A stretch of 64,000 bases of DNA, taken from the NCBI GenBank assembly GCA_047495785.1, contig JBLDXI010000043.1, forward strand, positions 678,473 through 742,472. The letters run 5' to 3'. The notes beneath the pieces were generated by a model. That model made no database searches, was not told where the DNA came from, and was given only the letters and a program-made list of their open reading frames with translations. The stretch comes from Lepidodermella squamata (taxonomy: Eukaryota > Animalia > Gastrotricha). Positions 33,938-48,100 of the stretch are shown here, piece after piece (within the stretch, counting starts at the first letter, position 1; each line of letters begins with the position of its first letter). Position numbers and translations under genes: made by a program.

Positions 33938-36900
33938 TTAGTGGCAACAAGCGCTACCACGTTTGCAGGCGATCCGCTGACATTTTGGATGACCGATATT
34001 TCGCTGCCAGCCAAAACAGGCTGAAATCGCAGTTTCAACCCTTGTACCTTGCGCAGCTCATCGGCATCGTGCCGAATCCGGGCGAACCATGCATATTCGC
34101 GCTTCATTCGTTAGTGGCAACAAGCGCTACCACGTTTGCAGGCGATCCGCTGACATTTCGGATGACCGATATTTCGCTGCCAGCCAAAACAAGCTGAAAT
34201 CGCAGTTTCAACCCTTGAACCTTGCGCAGCTCATCGGCATCGTGCCGAATCCGGGCAAACCATGCATATTCGCGCTTCATTCGTTAGTGGCAACAAGCGC
34301 TACCACGTTTGCAGGCGATCCGCTGACATTTCGGATGACCGATATTTCGCTGCCAGCCAAAACAGGCTGAAATCGCAGTTTCAACCCTTGAACGTTGCGC
34401 AGCTCATCGGCATCGTGCCGACTCCGGGCGAACCATGCATATTCGCGCTTCATTCGTTAGTGGCAACAAGCGCTACCACGTTTGCAGGCGATCCGCTGAC
34501 ATTTCGGATGACCGATATTTCGCTGCCAGCCAAAACAAGCTGAAATCGCAGTTTCAACCCTTGTACGTTGCGCAGCTCATCGGCATCGTGCCGAATCCGG
34601 GCAAACCATGCATATTCGCGCTTCATTCGTTAGTGGGAACTAGCGCTACCACGTTTGCAGGCGATCCGCTGACATTTCGGATGACCGATATTTCGCTGCC
34701 AGCCAAAACAAGCTGAAATCGCAGTTTCAACCCTTGAACCTTGCGCAGCTCATCGGCATCGTGTCGATTGCGGGCGAACCATGCATATTCGCGCTTCATT
34801 CGTTAGTGGCAACAAGCGCTACCACGTTTGCAGGCGATCCGCTGACATTTTGGATGACCGATATTTCGCTGCCAGCCAAAACAGGCTGAAATCGCAGTTT
34901 CAACCCTTGTACGTTGCGCAGCTCATCGGCATCGTGCCGAATCCGGGCGAACCATGCATATTCGCGCTTCATTCGTTAGTGGCAACAAGCGCTACCACGT
35001 TTGCAGGCGATCCGCTGACATTTCGGATGACCGATATTTCGCTGCCAGCCAAAACAAGCTGAAATCGCAGTTTCAACCCTTGAACCTTGCGCAGCTCATC
35101 GGCATCGTGCCGAATCCGGGCAAACCATGCATATTCGCGCTTCATTCGTTAGTGGCAACAAGCGCTACCACGTTTGCAGGCGATCCGCTGACATTTCGGA
35201 TGACCGATATTTCGCTGCCAGCCAAAACAAGCTGAAATCGCAGTTTCAACCCTTGAACCTTGCGCAGCTCATCGGCATCGTGCCGAATCCGGGCAAACCA
35301 TGCATATTCGCGCTTCATTCGTTAGTGGCAACAAGCGCTACCACGTTTGCAGGCGATCCGCTGACATTTCGGATGACCGATATTTCGCTGCCAGCCAAAA
35401 CAGGCTGAAATCGCAGTTTCAACCCTTGAACGTTGCGCAGCTCATCGGCATCGTGCCGAATCCGGGCAAACCATGCATATTCGCGCTTCATTCGTTAGTG
35501 GCAACAAGCGCTACCACGTTTGCAGGCGATCCGCTGACATTTCGGATGACCGATATTTCGCTGCCAGCCAGAACAGGCTGAAATCGCAGTTTCAACCCTT
35601 GTACGTTGCGCAGCTCATCGGCATCGTGCCGAATCCGGGCGAACCATGCATATTCGCGCTTCCTTCGTTAGTGGCAACAAGCGCTACCACGTTTGCAGGC
35701 GATCCGCTGACATTTCGGATGACCGATATTTCGCTGCCAGCCAAAACAGGCTGAAATCGCAGTTTCAACCCTTGTACGTTGCGCAGCTCATCGGCATCGT
35801 GCCGAATCCGGGCGAACCATGCATATTCGCGCTTCATTCGTTAGTGGCAACAAGCGCTACCACGTTTGCAGGCGATCCGCTGACATTTCGGATGACCGAT
35901 ATTTCGCTGCCAGCCAGAACAGGCTGAAATCGCAGTTTCAACCCTTGTACGTTGCGCAGCTCATCGGCATCGTGCCGAATCCGGGCGAACCATGCATATT
36001 CGCGCTTCATTCGTTAGTGGCAACAAGCGCTACCACGTTTGCAGGCGATCCGCTGACATTTCGGATGACCGATATTTCGCTGCCAGCCAGAACAGGCTGA
36101 AATCGCAGTTTCAACCCATGTACGTTGCGCAGCTCATCGGCATCGTGCCGAATCCGGGCGAACCATGCATATTCGCGCTTCCTTCGTTAGTGGCAACAAG
36201 CGCTACCACGTTTGCAGGCGATCCGCTGACATTTCGGATGACCGATATTTCGCTGCCAGCCAAAACAGGCTGAAATCGCAGTTTCAACCCTTGTACGTTG
36301 CGCAGCTCATCGGCATCGTGCCGAATCCGGGCGAACCATGCATATTCGCGCTTCATTCGTTAGTGGCAACAAGCGCTACCACGTTTGCAGGCGATCCGCT
36401 GACATTTCGGATGACCGATATTTCGCTGCCAGCCAGAACAGGCTGAAATCGCAGTTTCAACCCTTGTACGTTGCGCAGCTCATCGGCATCGTGCCGAATC
36501 CGGGCAAACCATGCATATTCGCGCTTCATTCGTTAGTGGCAACAAGCGCTACCACGTTTGCAGGCGATCCGCTGACATTTCGGATGACCGATATTTCGCT
36601 GCCAGCCAAAACAGGCTGAAATCGCAGTTTCAACCCTTGTACGTTGCGCAGCTCATCGGCATCGTGCCGAATCCGGGCGAACCATGCATATTCGCGCTTC
36701 ATTCGTTAGTGGCAACAAGCGCTACCACGTTTGCAGGCGATCCGCTGACATTTCGGATGACCGATATTTCGCTGCCAGCCAGAACAGGCTGAAATCGCAG
36801 TTTCAACCCATGTACGTTGCGCAGCTCATCGGCATCGTGCCGAATCCGGGCGAACCATGCATATTCGCGCTTCATTCGTTAGTGGCAACAAGCGCTACCA

Positions 36901-39900
36901 CGTTTGCAAGCATTCCGCTGACATTTCGGATGACCGATATTTCGCTGCCAGCCAAAACAGGCTGAAATCGCAGTTTCAACCCTTGTACGTTGCGCAGCTC
37001 ATCGGCATCGTGCCGAATCCGGGCAAACCATGCATATTCGCGCTTCATTCGTTAGTGGCAACAAGCGCTACCACGTTTGCAGGCGATCCGCTGACATTTC
37101 GGATGACCGATATTTCGCTGCCAGCCAGAACAGGCTGAAATCGCAGTTTCAACCCTTGTACGTTGCGCAGCTCATCGGCATCGTGCCGAATCCGGGCGAA
37201 CCATGCATATTCGCGCTTCATTCGTTAGTGGCAACAAGCGCTACCACGTTTGCAGGCGATCCGCTGACATTTCGGATGACCGATATTTCGCTGCCAGCCA
37301 GAACAGGCTGAAATCGCAGTTTCAACCCTTGTACGTTGCGCAGCTCATCGGCATCGTGCCGAATCCGGGCAAACCATGCATATTCGCGCTTCATTCGTTA
37401 GTGGCAACAAGCGCTACCACGTTTGCAGGCGATCCGCTGACATTTCGGATGACCGATAATTCGCTGCCAGCCAAAACAGGCTGAAATCGCAGTTTCAACC
37501 CATGTACGTTGCGCAGCTCATCGGCATCGTGCCGAATCCGGGCGAACCATGCATATTCGCGCTTCATTCGTTAGTGGCAACAAGCGCTACCACGTTTGCA
37601 GGCGATCCGCTGACATTTCGGATGACCGATATTTCGCTGCCAGCCAGAACAGGCTGAAATCGCAGTTTCAACCCTTGTACGTTGCGCAGCTCATCGGCAT
37701 CGTGCCGAATCCGGGCGAACCATGCATATTCGCGCTTCATTCGTTAGTGGCAACAAGCGCTACCACGTTTGCAGGCGATCCGCTGACATTTCGGATGACC
37801 GATATTTCGCTGCCAGCCAGAACAGGCTGAAATCGCAGTTTCAACCCTTGTACGTTGCGCAGCTCATCGGCATCGTGCCGAATCCGGGCGAACCATGCAT
37901 ATTCGCGCTTCATTCGTTAGTGGCAACAAGCGCTACCACGTTTGCAGGCGATCCGCTGACATTTCGGATGACCGATATTTCGCTGCCAGCCAAAACAGGC
38001 TGAAATCGCAGTTTCAACCCTTGTACGTTGCGCAGCTCATCGGCATCGTGCCGAATCCGGGCGAACCATGCATATTCGCGCTTCATTCGTTAGTGGCAAC
38101 AAGCGCTACCACGTTTGCAGGCGATCCGCTGACATTTCGGATGACCGATATTTCGCTGCCAGCCAGAACAGGCTGAAATCGCAGTTTCAACCCATGTACG
38201 TTGCGCAGCTCATCGGCATCGTGCCGAATCCGGGCGAACCATGCATATTCGCGCTTCATTCGTTAGTGGCAACAAGCGCTACCACGTTTGCAAGCATTCC
38301 GCTGACATTTCGGATGACCGATATTTCGCTGCCAGCCAAAACAGGCTGAAATCGCAGTTTCAACCCTTGTACGTTGCGCAGCTCATCGGCATCGTGCCGA
38401 ATCCGGGCAAACCATGCATATTCGCGCTTCATTCGTTAGTGGCAACAAGCGCTACCACGTTTGCAGGCGATCCGCTGACATTTCGGATGACCGATATTTC
38501 GCTGCCAGCCAGAACAGGCTGAAATCGCAGTTTCAACCCTTGTACGTTGCGCAGCTCATCGGCATCGTGCCGAATCCGGGCGAACCATGCATATTCGCGC
38601 TTCATTCGTTAGTGGCAACAAGCGCTACCACGTTTGCAGGCGATCCGCTGACATTTCGGATGACCGATATTTCGCTGCCAGCCAGAACAGGCTGAAATCG
38701 CAGTTTCAACCCTTGTACGTTGCGCAGCTCATCGGCATCGTGCCGAATCCGGGCAAACCATGCATATTCGCGCTTCATTCGTTAGTGGCAACAAGCGCTA
38801 CCACGTTTGCAGGCGATCCGCTGACATTCCGGATGACCAATATTTCGCTGCCAGCCAAAACTGGCTGAAATCGCAGTTTCAACCCTTGTACGTTGCGCAG
38901 CTCATCGGCATCGTGCCGAATCCGGGCAAACCATGCATATTCGCGCTTCATTCGTTAGTGGCAACAAGCGCTACCACGTTTGCAGGCGATCCGCTGACAT
39001 TTCGGATGACCGATATTTCGCTGCCAGCCAAAACAGGCTGAAATCGCAGTTTCAACCCATGTACGTTGCGCAGCTCATCGGCATCGTGCCGAATCCGGGC
39101 GAACCATGCATATTCGCGCTTCATTCGTTAGTTGCAACAAGCGCTACCACGTTTGCAAGCATTCCGCTGACATTTCGGATGACCGATATTTCGCTGCCAG
39201 CCAAAACAGGCTGAAATCGCAGTTTCAACCCTTGTACGTTGCGCAGCTCATCGGCATCGTGCCGAATCCGGGCAAACCATGCATATTCGCGCTTCATTCG
39301 TTAGTGGCAACAAGCGCTACCACGTTTGCAGGCGATCCGCTGACATTTCGGATGACCGATATTTCGCTGCCAGCCAGAACAGGCTGAAATCGCAGTTTCA
39401 ACCCTTGTACGTTGCGCAGCTCATCGGCATCGTGCCGAATCCGGGCGAACCATGCATATTCGCGCTTCATTCGTTAGTGGCAACAAGCGCTACCACGTTT
39501 GCAGGCGATCCGCTGACATTTCGGATGACCGATATTTCGCTGCCAGCCAGAACAGGCTGAAATCGCAGTTTCAACCCTTGTACGTTGCGCAGCTCATCGG
39601 CATCGTGCCGAATCCGGGCAAACCATGCATATTCGCGCTTCATTCGTTAGTGGCAACAAGCGCTACCACGTTTGCAGGCGATCCGCTGACATTTCGGATG
39701 ACCGATATTTCGCTGCCAGCCAAAACAGGCTGAAATCGCAGTTTCAACCCATGTACGTTGCGCAGCTCATCGGCATCGTGCCGAATCCGGGCGAACCATG
39801 CATATTCGCGCTTCATTCGTTAGTGGCAACAAGCGCTACCACGTTTGCAGGCGATCCGCTGACATTTCGGATGACCGATATTTCGCTGCCAGCCAGAACA

Positions 39901-41379
39901 GGCTGAAATCGCAGTTTCAACCCTTGTACGTTGCGCAGCTCATCGGCATCGTGCCGAATCCGGGCGAACCATGCATATTCGCGCTTCATTCGTTAGTGGC
40001 AACAAGCGCTACCACGTTTGCAGGCGATCCGCTGACATTTCGGATGACCGATATTTCGCTGCCAGCCAGAACAGGCTGAAATCGCAGTTTCAACCCTTGT
40101 ACGTTGCGCAGCTCATCGGCATCGTGCCGAATCCGGGCGAACCATGCATATTCGCGCTTCATTCGTTAGTGGCAACAAGCGCTACCACGTTTGCAGGCGA
40201 TCCGCTGACATTTCGGATGACCGATATTTCGCTGCCAGCCAGAACAGGCTGAAATCGCAGTTTCAACCCTTGTACGTTGCGCAGCTCATCGGCATCGTGC
40301 CGAATCCGGGCAAACCATGCATATTCGCGCTTCATTCGTTAGTGGCAACAAGCGCTACCACGTTTGCAGGCGATCCGCTGACATTTCGGATGACCGATAT
40401 TTCGCTGCCAGCCAAAACAGGCTGAAATCGCAGTTTCAACCCATGTACGTTGCGCAGCTCATCGGCATCGTGCCGAATCCGGGCGAACCATGCATATTCG
40501 CGCTTCATTCGTTAGTGGCAACAAGCGCTACCACGTTTGCAGGCGATCCGCTGACATTTTGGATGACCGATATTTCGCTGCCAGCCAAAACAGGCTGAAA
40601 TCGCAGTTTCAACCCTTGTACGTTGCGCAGCTCATCGGCATCGTGCCGAATCCGGGCGAACCATGCATATTCGCGCTTCATTCGTTAGTGGCAACAAGCG
40701 CTACCACGTTTGCAGGCGATCCGCTGACATTTCGGATGACCGATATTTCGCTGCCAGCCAAAACAAGCTGAAATCGCAGTTTCAACCCTTGAACCTTGCG
40801 CAGCTCATCGGCATCGTGCCGAATCCGGGCAAACCATGCATATTCGCGCTTCATTCGTTAGTGGCAACAAGCGCTACCACGTTTGCAGGCGATCCGCTGA
40901 CATTTTGGATGACCGATATTTCGCTGCCAGCCAAAACAGGCTGAAATCGCAGTTTCAACCCTTGTACGTTGCGCAGCTCATCGGCATCGTGCCGAATCCG
41001 GGCGAACCATGCATATTCGCGCTTCATTCGTTAGTGGCAACAAGCGCTACCACGTTTGCAGGCGATCCGCTGACATTTCGGATGACCGATATTTCGCTGC
41101 CAGCCAAAAAAGGCTGAAATCGCAGTTTCAACCCTTGTACGTTGCGCAGCTCATCGGCATCGTGCCGAATCCGGGCGAACCATGCATATTCGCGCTTCAT
41201 TCGTTAGTGGCAACAAGCGCTACCACGTTTGCAGGCGATCCGCTGACATTTCGGATGACCGATATTTCGCTGCCAGCCAAAACAAGCTGAAATCGCAGTT
41301 TCAACCCTTGAACCTTGCGCAGCTCATCGGCATCGTGCCGATTGCGGGCGAACCATGCATATTCGCGCTTCATTCGTTA

Positions 41380-42173
41380 TGGTGCTTTCACAAATGCGTC
41401 CGACGGTGAAAACTTCGGCTAGCAACTCGCAAACTTCGGTAGAGTGAAGCGAAACGTCGGAGAGCGTTATCAGTGGCACTTCCGACGCGCGCGCGCGGTC
41501 GGGCGCCCGAAGTCTCTATTGTTTAGTCACCGAAGTTGCTGAGTGTCACGCACTTGAGCGCGCGTGCACGCGAGTGGCAGGCTAGGTTACGGGGTCGGGC
41601 AAAAAAATTTCTATTTCAGCGTAAATACTGAATTCAACTAAATAATGAGACGTGAAATGCGATGCGAATCATAAAAATCTAAATTTCATCGAAAAATTAT
41701 GTGATTAAGACGCATGATTTGCATATCATCAATTTTTTCTTGCCGCATCTTAGTTTTTCGGCGTGCGCGGCTCTAAAAAAATTGAGAAATCGGTAAATTT
41801 CGAACTCATTTTCATGACTCATCGTAATTCAAGACGGCTTGAGTGTTTTACAGCCAGTCAAGCAGTCAAATGGCCGCACGAGCGCGCGCGCGCTTGTGTC
41901 TATTGGTGCGCGTGTAATAATAGTGCGCGCTTCGGTTCGGACGCACTTCGGACGGTAGTTTTGGGGGCCTCCGATCCGACGTTCTTTGTTGTGCGTGCGC
42001 GCGCCGCGTCGGACGCGCTATTGTTTAAACTTCGGGCGCGCGGGCCGAACTGCGCGCGTTTGTGAAAGAAAATCTAAACGTCGGACAACTATTACGCTAC
42101 TTCGGGTGCCTATTACGAAACTTCGGGCGCCGAAAACGTCGGACGCTCGTCGGACGCATTTGTGAAAGCACCA
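41380..42173. mobile_element. PIF/Harbinger-type MITE, 794 bp (copy 2)
   Basis: Same element, same TTA site and orientation. One substitution seen relative to copy 1 (GATGCGGATC vs GATGCGAATC). Confidence 0.92.
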
Positions 42174-45100
42174 TTAGTGGCAACAAGCGCTACCACGTTT
42201 GCAGGCGATCCGCTGACATTTCGGATGACCGATATTTCGCTGCCAGCCAAAACAAGCTGAAATCGCAGTTTCAACCCTTGAACCTTGCGCAGCTCATCGG
42301 CATCGTGCCGAATCCGGGCAAACCATGCATATTCGCGCTTCATTCGTTAGTGGCAACAAGCGCTACCACGTTTGCAGGCGATCCGCTGACATTTCGGATG
42401 ACCGATATTTCGCTGCCAGCCAAAACAGGCTGAAATCGCAGTTTCAACCCTTGAACGTTGCGCAGCTCATCGGCATCGTGCCGACTCCGGGCGAACCATG
42501 CATATTCGCGCTTCATTCGTTAGTGGCAACAAGCGCTACCACGTTTGCAGGCGATCCGCTGACATTTCGGATGACCGATATTTCGCTGCCAGCCAAAACA
42601 AGCTGAAATCGCAGTTTCAACCCTTGTACGTTGCGCAGCTCATCGGCATCGTGCCGAATCCGGGCAAACCATGCATATTCGCGCTTCATTCGTTAGTGGG
42701 AACTAGCGCTACCACGTTTGCAGGCGATCCGCTGACATTTCGGATGACCGATATTTCGCTGCCAGCCAAAACAAGCTGAAATCGCAGTTTCAACCCTTGT
42801 ACGTTGCGCAGCTCATCGGCATCGTGTCGATTGCGGGCGAACCATGCATATTCGCGCTTCATTCGTTAGTGGCAACAAGCGCTACCACGTTTGCAGGCGA
42901 TCCGCTGACATTTTGGATGACCGATATTTCGCTGCCAGCCAAAACAGGCTGAAATCGCAGTTTCAACCCTTGTACGTTGCGCAGCTCATCGGCATCGTGC
43001 CGAATCCGGGCGAACCATGCATATTCGCGCTTCATTCGTTAGTGGCAACAAGCGCTACCACGTTTGCAGGCGATCCGCTGACATTTCGGATGACCGATAT
43101 TTCGCTGCCAGCCAAAACAAGCTGAAATCGCAGTTTCAACCCTTGAACCTTGCGCAGCTCATCGGCATCGTGCCGAATCCGGGCAAACCATGCATATTCG
43201 CGCTTCATTCGTTAGTGGCAACAAGCGCTACCACGTTTGCAGGCGATCCGCTGACATTTCGGATGACCGATATTTCGCTGCCAGCCAAAACAAGCTGAAA
43301 TCGCAGTTTCAACCCTTGAACCTTGCGCAGCTCATCGGCATCGTGCCGAATCCGGGCAAACCATGCATATTCGCGCTTCATTCGTTAGTGGCAACAAGCG
43401 CTACCACGTTTGCAGGCGATCCGCTGACATTTCGGATGACCGATATTTCGCTGCCAGCCAAAACAGGCTGAAATCGCAGTTTCAACCCTTGAACGTTGCG
43501 CAGCTCATCGGCATCGTGCCGAATCCGGGCAAACCATGCATATTCGCGCTTCATTCGTTAGTGGCAACAAGCGCTACCACGTTTGCAGGCGATCCGCTGA
43601 CATTTCGGATGACCGATATTTCGCTGCCAGCCAGAACAGGCTGAAATCGCAGTTTCAACCCTTGTACGTTGCGCAGCTCATCGGCATCGTGCCGAATCCG
43701 GGCGAACCATGCATATTCGCGCTTCCTTCGTTAGTGGCAACAAGCGCTACCACGTTTGCAGGCGATCCGCTGACATTTCGGATGACCGATATTTCGCTGC
43801 CAGCCAAAACAGGCTGAAATCGCAGTTTCAACCCTTGTACGTTGCGCAGCTCATCGGCATCGTGCCGAATCCGGGCGAACCATGCATATTCGCGCTTCAT
43901 TCGTTAGTGGCAACAAGCGCTACCACGTTTGCAGGCGATCCGCTGACATTTCGGATGACCGATATTTCGCTGCCAGCCAGAACAGGCTGAAATCGCAGTT
44001 TCAACCCTTGTACGTTGCGCAGCTCATCGGCATCGTGCCGAATCCGGGCAAACCATGCATATTCGCGCTTCATTCGTTAGTGGCAACAAGCGCTACCACG
44101 TTTGCAGGCGATCCGCTGACATTTCGGATGACCGATATTTCGCTGCCAGCCAAAACAGGCTGAAATCGCAGTTTCAACCCATGTACGTTGCGCAGCTCAT
44201 CGGCATCGTGCCGAATCCGGGCGAACCATGCATATTCGCGCTTCATTCGTTAGTGGCAACAAGCGCTACCACGTTTGCAGGCGATCCGCTGACATTTCGG
44301 ATGACCGATATTTCGCTGCCAGCCAGAACAGGCTGAAATCGCAGTTTCAACCCATGTACGTTGCGCAGCTCATCGGCATCGTGCCGAATCCGGGCGAACC
44401 ATGCATATTCGCGCTTCATTCGTTAGTGGCAACAAGCGCTACCACGTTTGCAAGCATTCCGCTGACATTTCGGATGACCGATATTTCGCTGCCAGCCAAA
44501 ACAGGCTGAAATCGCAGTTTCAACCCTTGTACGTTGCGCAGCTCATCGGCATCGTGCCGAATCCGGGCAAACCATGCATATTCGCGCTTCATTCGTTAGT
44601 GGCAACAAGCGCTACCACGTTTGCAGGCGATCCGCTGACATTTCGGATGACCGATATTTCGCTGCCAGCCAGAACAGGCTGAAATCGCAGTTTCAACCCT
44701 TGTACGTTGCGCAGCTCATCGGCATCGTGCCGAATCCGGGCGAACCATGCATATTCGCGCTTCATTCGTTAGTGGCAACAAGCGCTACCACGTTTGCAGG
44801 CGATCCGCTGACATTTCGGATGACCGATATTTCGCTGCCAGCCAGAACAGGCTGAAATCGCAGTTTCAACCCTTGTACGTTGCGCAGCTCATCGGCATCG
44901 TGCCGAATCCGGGCAAACCATGCATATTCGCGCTTCATTCGTTAGTGGCAACAAGCGCTACCACGTTTGCAGGCGATCCGCTGACATTTCGGATGACCGA
45001 TATTTCGCTGCCAGCCAAAACAGGCTGAAATCGCAGTTTCAACCCATGTACGTTGCGCAGCTCATCGGCATCGTGCCGAATCCGGGCGAACCATGCATAT

Positions 45101-48100
45101 TCGCGCTTCATTCGTTAGTGGCAACAAGCGCTACCACGTTTGCAGGCGATCCGCTGACATTTCGGATGACCGATATTTCGCTGCCAGCCAGAACAGGCTG
45201 AAATCGCAGTTTCAACCCTTGTACGCTGCGCAGCTCATCGGCATCGTGCCGAATCCGGGCGAACCATGCATATTCGCGCTTCATTCGTTAGTGGCAACAA
45301 GCGCTACCACGTTTGCAGGCGATCCGCTGACATTTCGGATGACCGATATTTCGCTGCCAGCCAGAACAGGCTGAAATCGCAGTTTCAACCCTTGTACGTT
45401 GCGCAGCTCATCGGCATCGTGCCGAATCCGGGCGAACCATGCATATTCGCGCTTCATTCGTTAGTGGCAACAAGCGCTACCACGTTTGCAGGCGATCCGC
45501 TGACATTTCGGATGACCGATATTTCGCTGCCAGCCAGAACAGGCTGAAATCGCAGTTTCAACCCTTGTACGTTGCGCAGCTCATCGGCATCGTGCCGAAT
45601 CCGGGCAAACCATGCATATTCGCGCTTCATTCGTTAGTGGCAACAAGCGCTACCACGTTTGCAGGCGATCCGCTGACATTTCGGATGACCGATATTTCGC
45701 TGCCAGCCAAAACAGGCTGAAATCGCAGTTTCAACCCATGTACGTTGCGCAGCTCATCGGCATCGTGCCGAATCCGGGCGAACCATGCATATTCGCGCTT
45801 CATTCGTTAGTGGCAACAAGCGCTACCACGTTTGCAAGCATTCCGCTGACATTTCGGATGACCGATATTTCGCTGCCAGCCAGAACAGGCTGAAATCGCA
45901 GTTTCAACCCTTGTACGTTGCGCAGCTCATCGGCATCGTGCCGAATCCGGGCGAACCATGCATATTCGCGCTTCATTCGTTAGTGGCAACAAGCGCTACC
46001 ACGTTTGCAGGCGATCCGCTGACATTTCGGATGACCGATATTTCGCTGCCAGCCAAAACAGGCTGAAATCGCAGTTTCAACCCATGTACGTTGCGCAGCT
46101 CATCGGCATCGTGCCGAATCCGGGCGAACCATGCATATTCGCGCTTCATTCGTTAGTGGCAACAAGCGCTACCACGTTTGCAGGCGATCCGCTGACATTT
46201 CGGATGACCGATATTTCGCTGCCAGCCAAAACAGGCTGAAATCGCAGTTTCAACCCATGTACGTTGCGCAGCTCATCGGCATCGTGCCGAATCCGGGCAA
46301 ACCATGCATATTCGCGCTTCATTCGTTAGTGGCAACAAGCGCTACCACGTTTGCAGGCGATCCGCTGACATTTCGGATGACCGATATTTCGCTGCCAGCC
46401 AGAACAGGCTGAAATCGCAGTTTCAACCCTTGTACGTTGCGCAGCTCATCGGCATCGTGCCGAATCCGGGCGAACCATGCATATTCGCGCTTCCTTCGTT
46501 AGTGGCAACAAGCGCTACCACGTTTGCAGGCGATCCGCTGACATTTCGGATGACCGATATTTCGCTGCCAGCCAAAACAGGCTGAAATCGCAGTTTCAAC
46601 CCTTGTACGTTGCGCAGCTCATCGGCATCGTGCCGAATCCGGGCGAACCATGCATATTCGCGCTTCATTCGTTAGTGGCAACAAGCGCTACCACGTTTGC
46701 AAGCATTCCGCTGACATTTCGGATGACCGATATTTCGCTGCCAGCCAAAACAGGCTGAAATCGCAGTTTCAACCCATGTACGTTGCGCAGCTCATCGGCA
46801 TCGTGCCGAATCCGGGCGAACCATGCATATTCGCGCTTCATTCGTTAGTGGCAACAAGCGCTACCACGTTTGCAAGCATTCCGCTGACATTTCGGATGAC
46901 CGATATTTCGCTGCCAGCCAAAACAGGCTGAAATCGCAGTTTCAACCCTTGTACGTTGCGCAGCTCATCGGCATCGTGCCGAATCCGGGCGAACCATGCA
47001 TATTCGCGCTTCATTCGTTAGTGGCAACAAGCGCTACCACGTTTGCAGGCGATCCGCTGACATTTCGGATGACCGATATTTCGCTGCCAGCCAAAACAGG
47101 CTGAAATCGCAGTTTCAACCCATGTACGTTGCGCAGCTCATCGGCATCGTGCCGAATCCGGGCGAACCATGCATATTCGCGCTTCATTCGTTAGTGGCAA
47201 CAAGCGCTACCACGTTTGCAGGCGATCCGCTGACATTTCGGATGACCGATATTTCGCTGCCAGCCAAAACAGGCTGAAATCGCAGTTTCAACCCATGTAC
47301 GTTGCGCAGCTCATCGGCATCGTGCCGAATCCGGGCAAACCATGCATATTCGCGCTTCATTCGTTAGTGGCAACAAGCGCTACCACGTTTGCAGGCGATC
47401 CGCTGACATTTCGGATGACCGATATTTCGCTGCCAGCCAGAACAGGCTGAAATCGCAGTTTCAACCCTTGTACGTTGCGCAGCTCATCGGCATCGTGCCG
47501 AATCCGGGCGAACCATGCATATTCGCGCTTCCTTCGTTAGTGGCAACAAGCGCTACCACGTTTGCAGGCGATCCGCTGACATTTCGGATGACCGATATTT
47601 CGCTGCCAGCCAAAACAGGCTGAAATCGCAGTTTCAACCCTTGTACGTTGCGCAGCTCATCGGCATCGTGCCGAATCCGGGCGAACCATGCATATTCGCG
47701 CTTCATTCGTTAGTGGCAACAAGCGCTACCACGTTTGCAAGCATTCCGCTGACATTTCGGATGACCGATATTTCGCTGCCAGCCAAAACAGGCTGAAATC
47801 GCAGTTTCAACCCATGTACGTTGCGCAGCTCATCGGCATCGTGCCGAATCCGGGCGAACCATGCATATTCGCGCTTCATTCGTTAGTGGCAACAAGCGCT
47901 ACCACGTTTGCAAGCATTCCGCTGACATTTCGGATGACCGATATTTCGCTGCCAGCCAAAACAGGCTGAAATCGCAGTTTCAACCCTTGTACGTTGCGCA
48001 GCTCATCGGCATCGTGCCGAATCCGGGCAAACCAAGCATATTCGCGCTTCATTCGTTAGTGGCAACAAGCGCTACCACGTTTGCAGGCGATCCGCTGACA

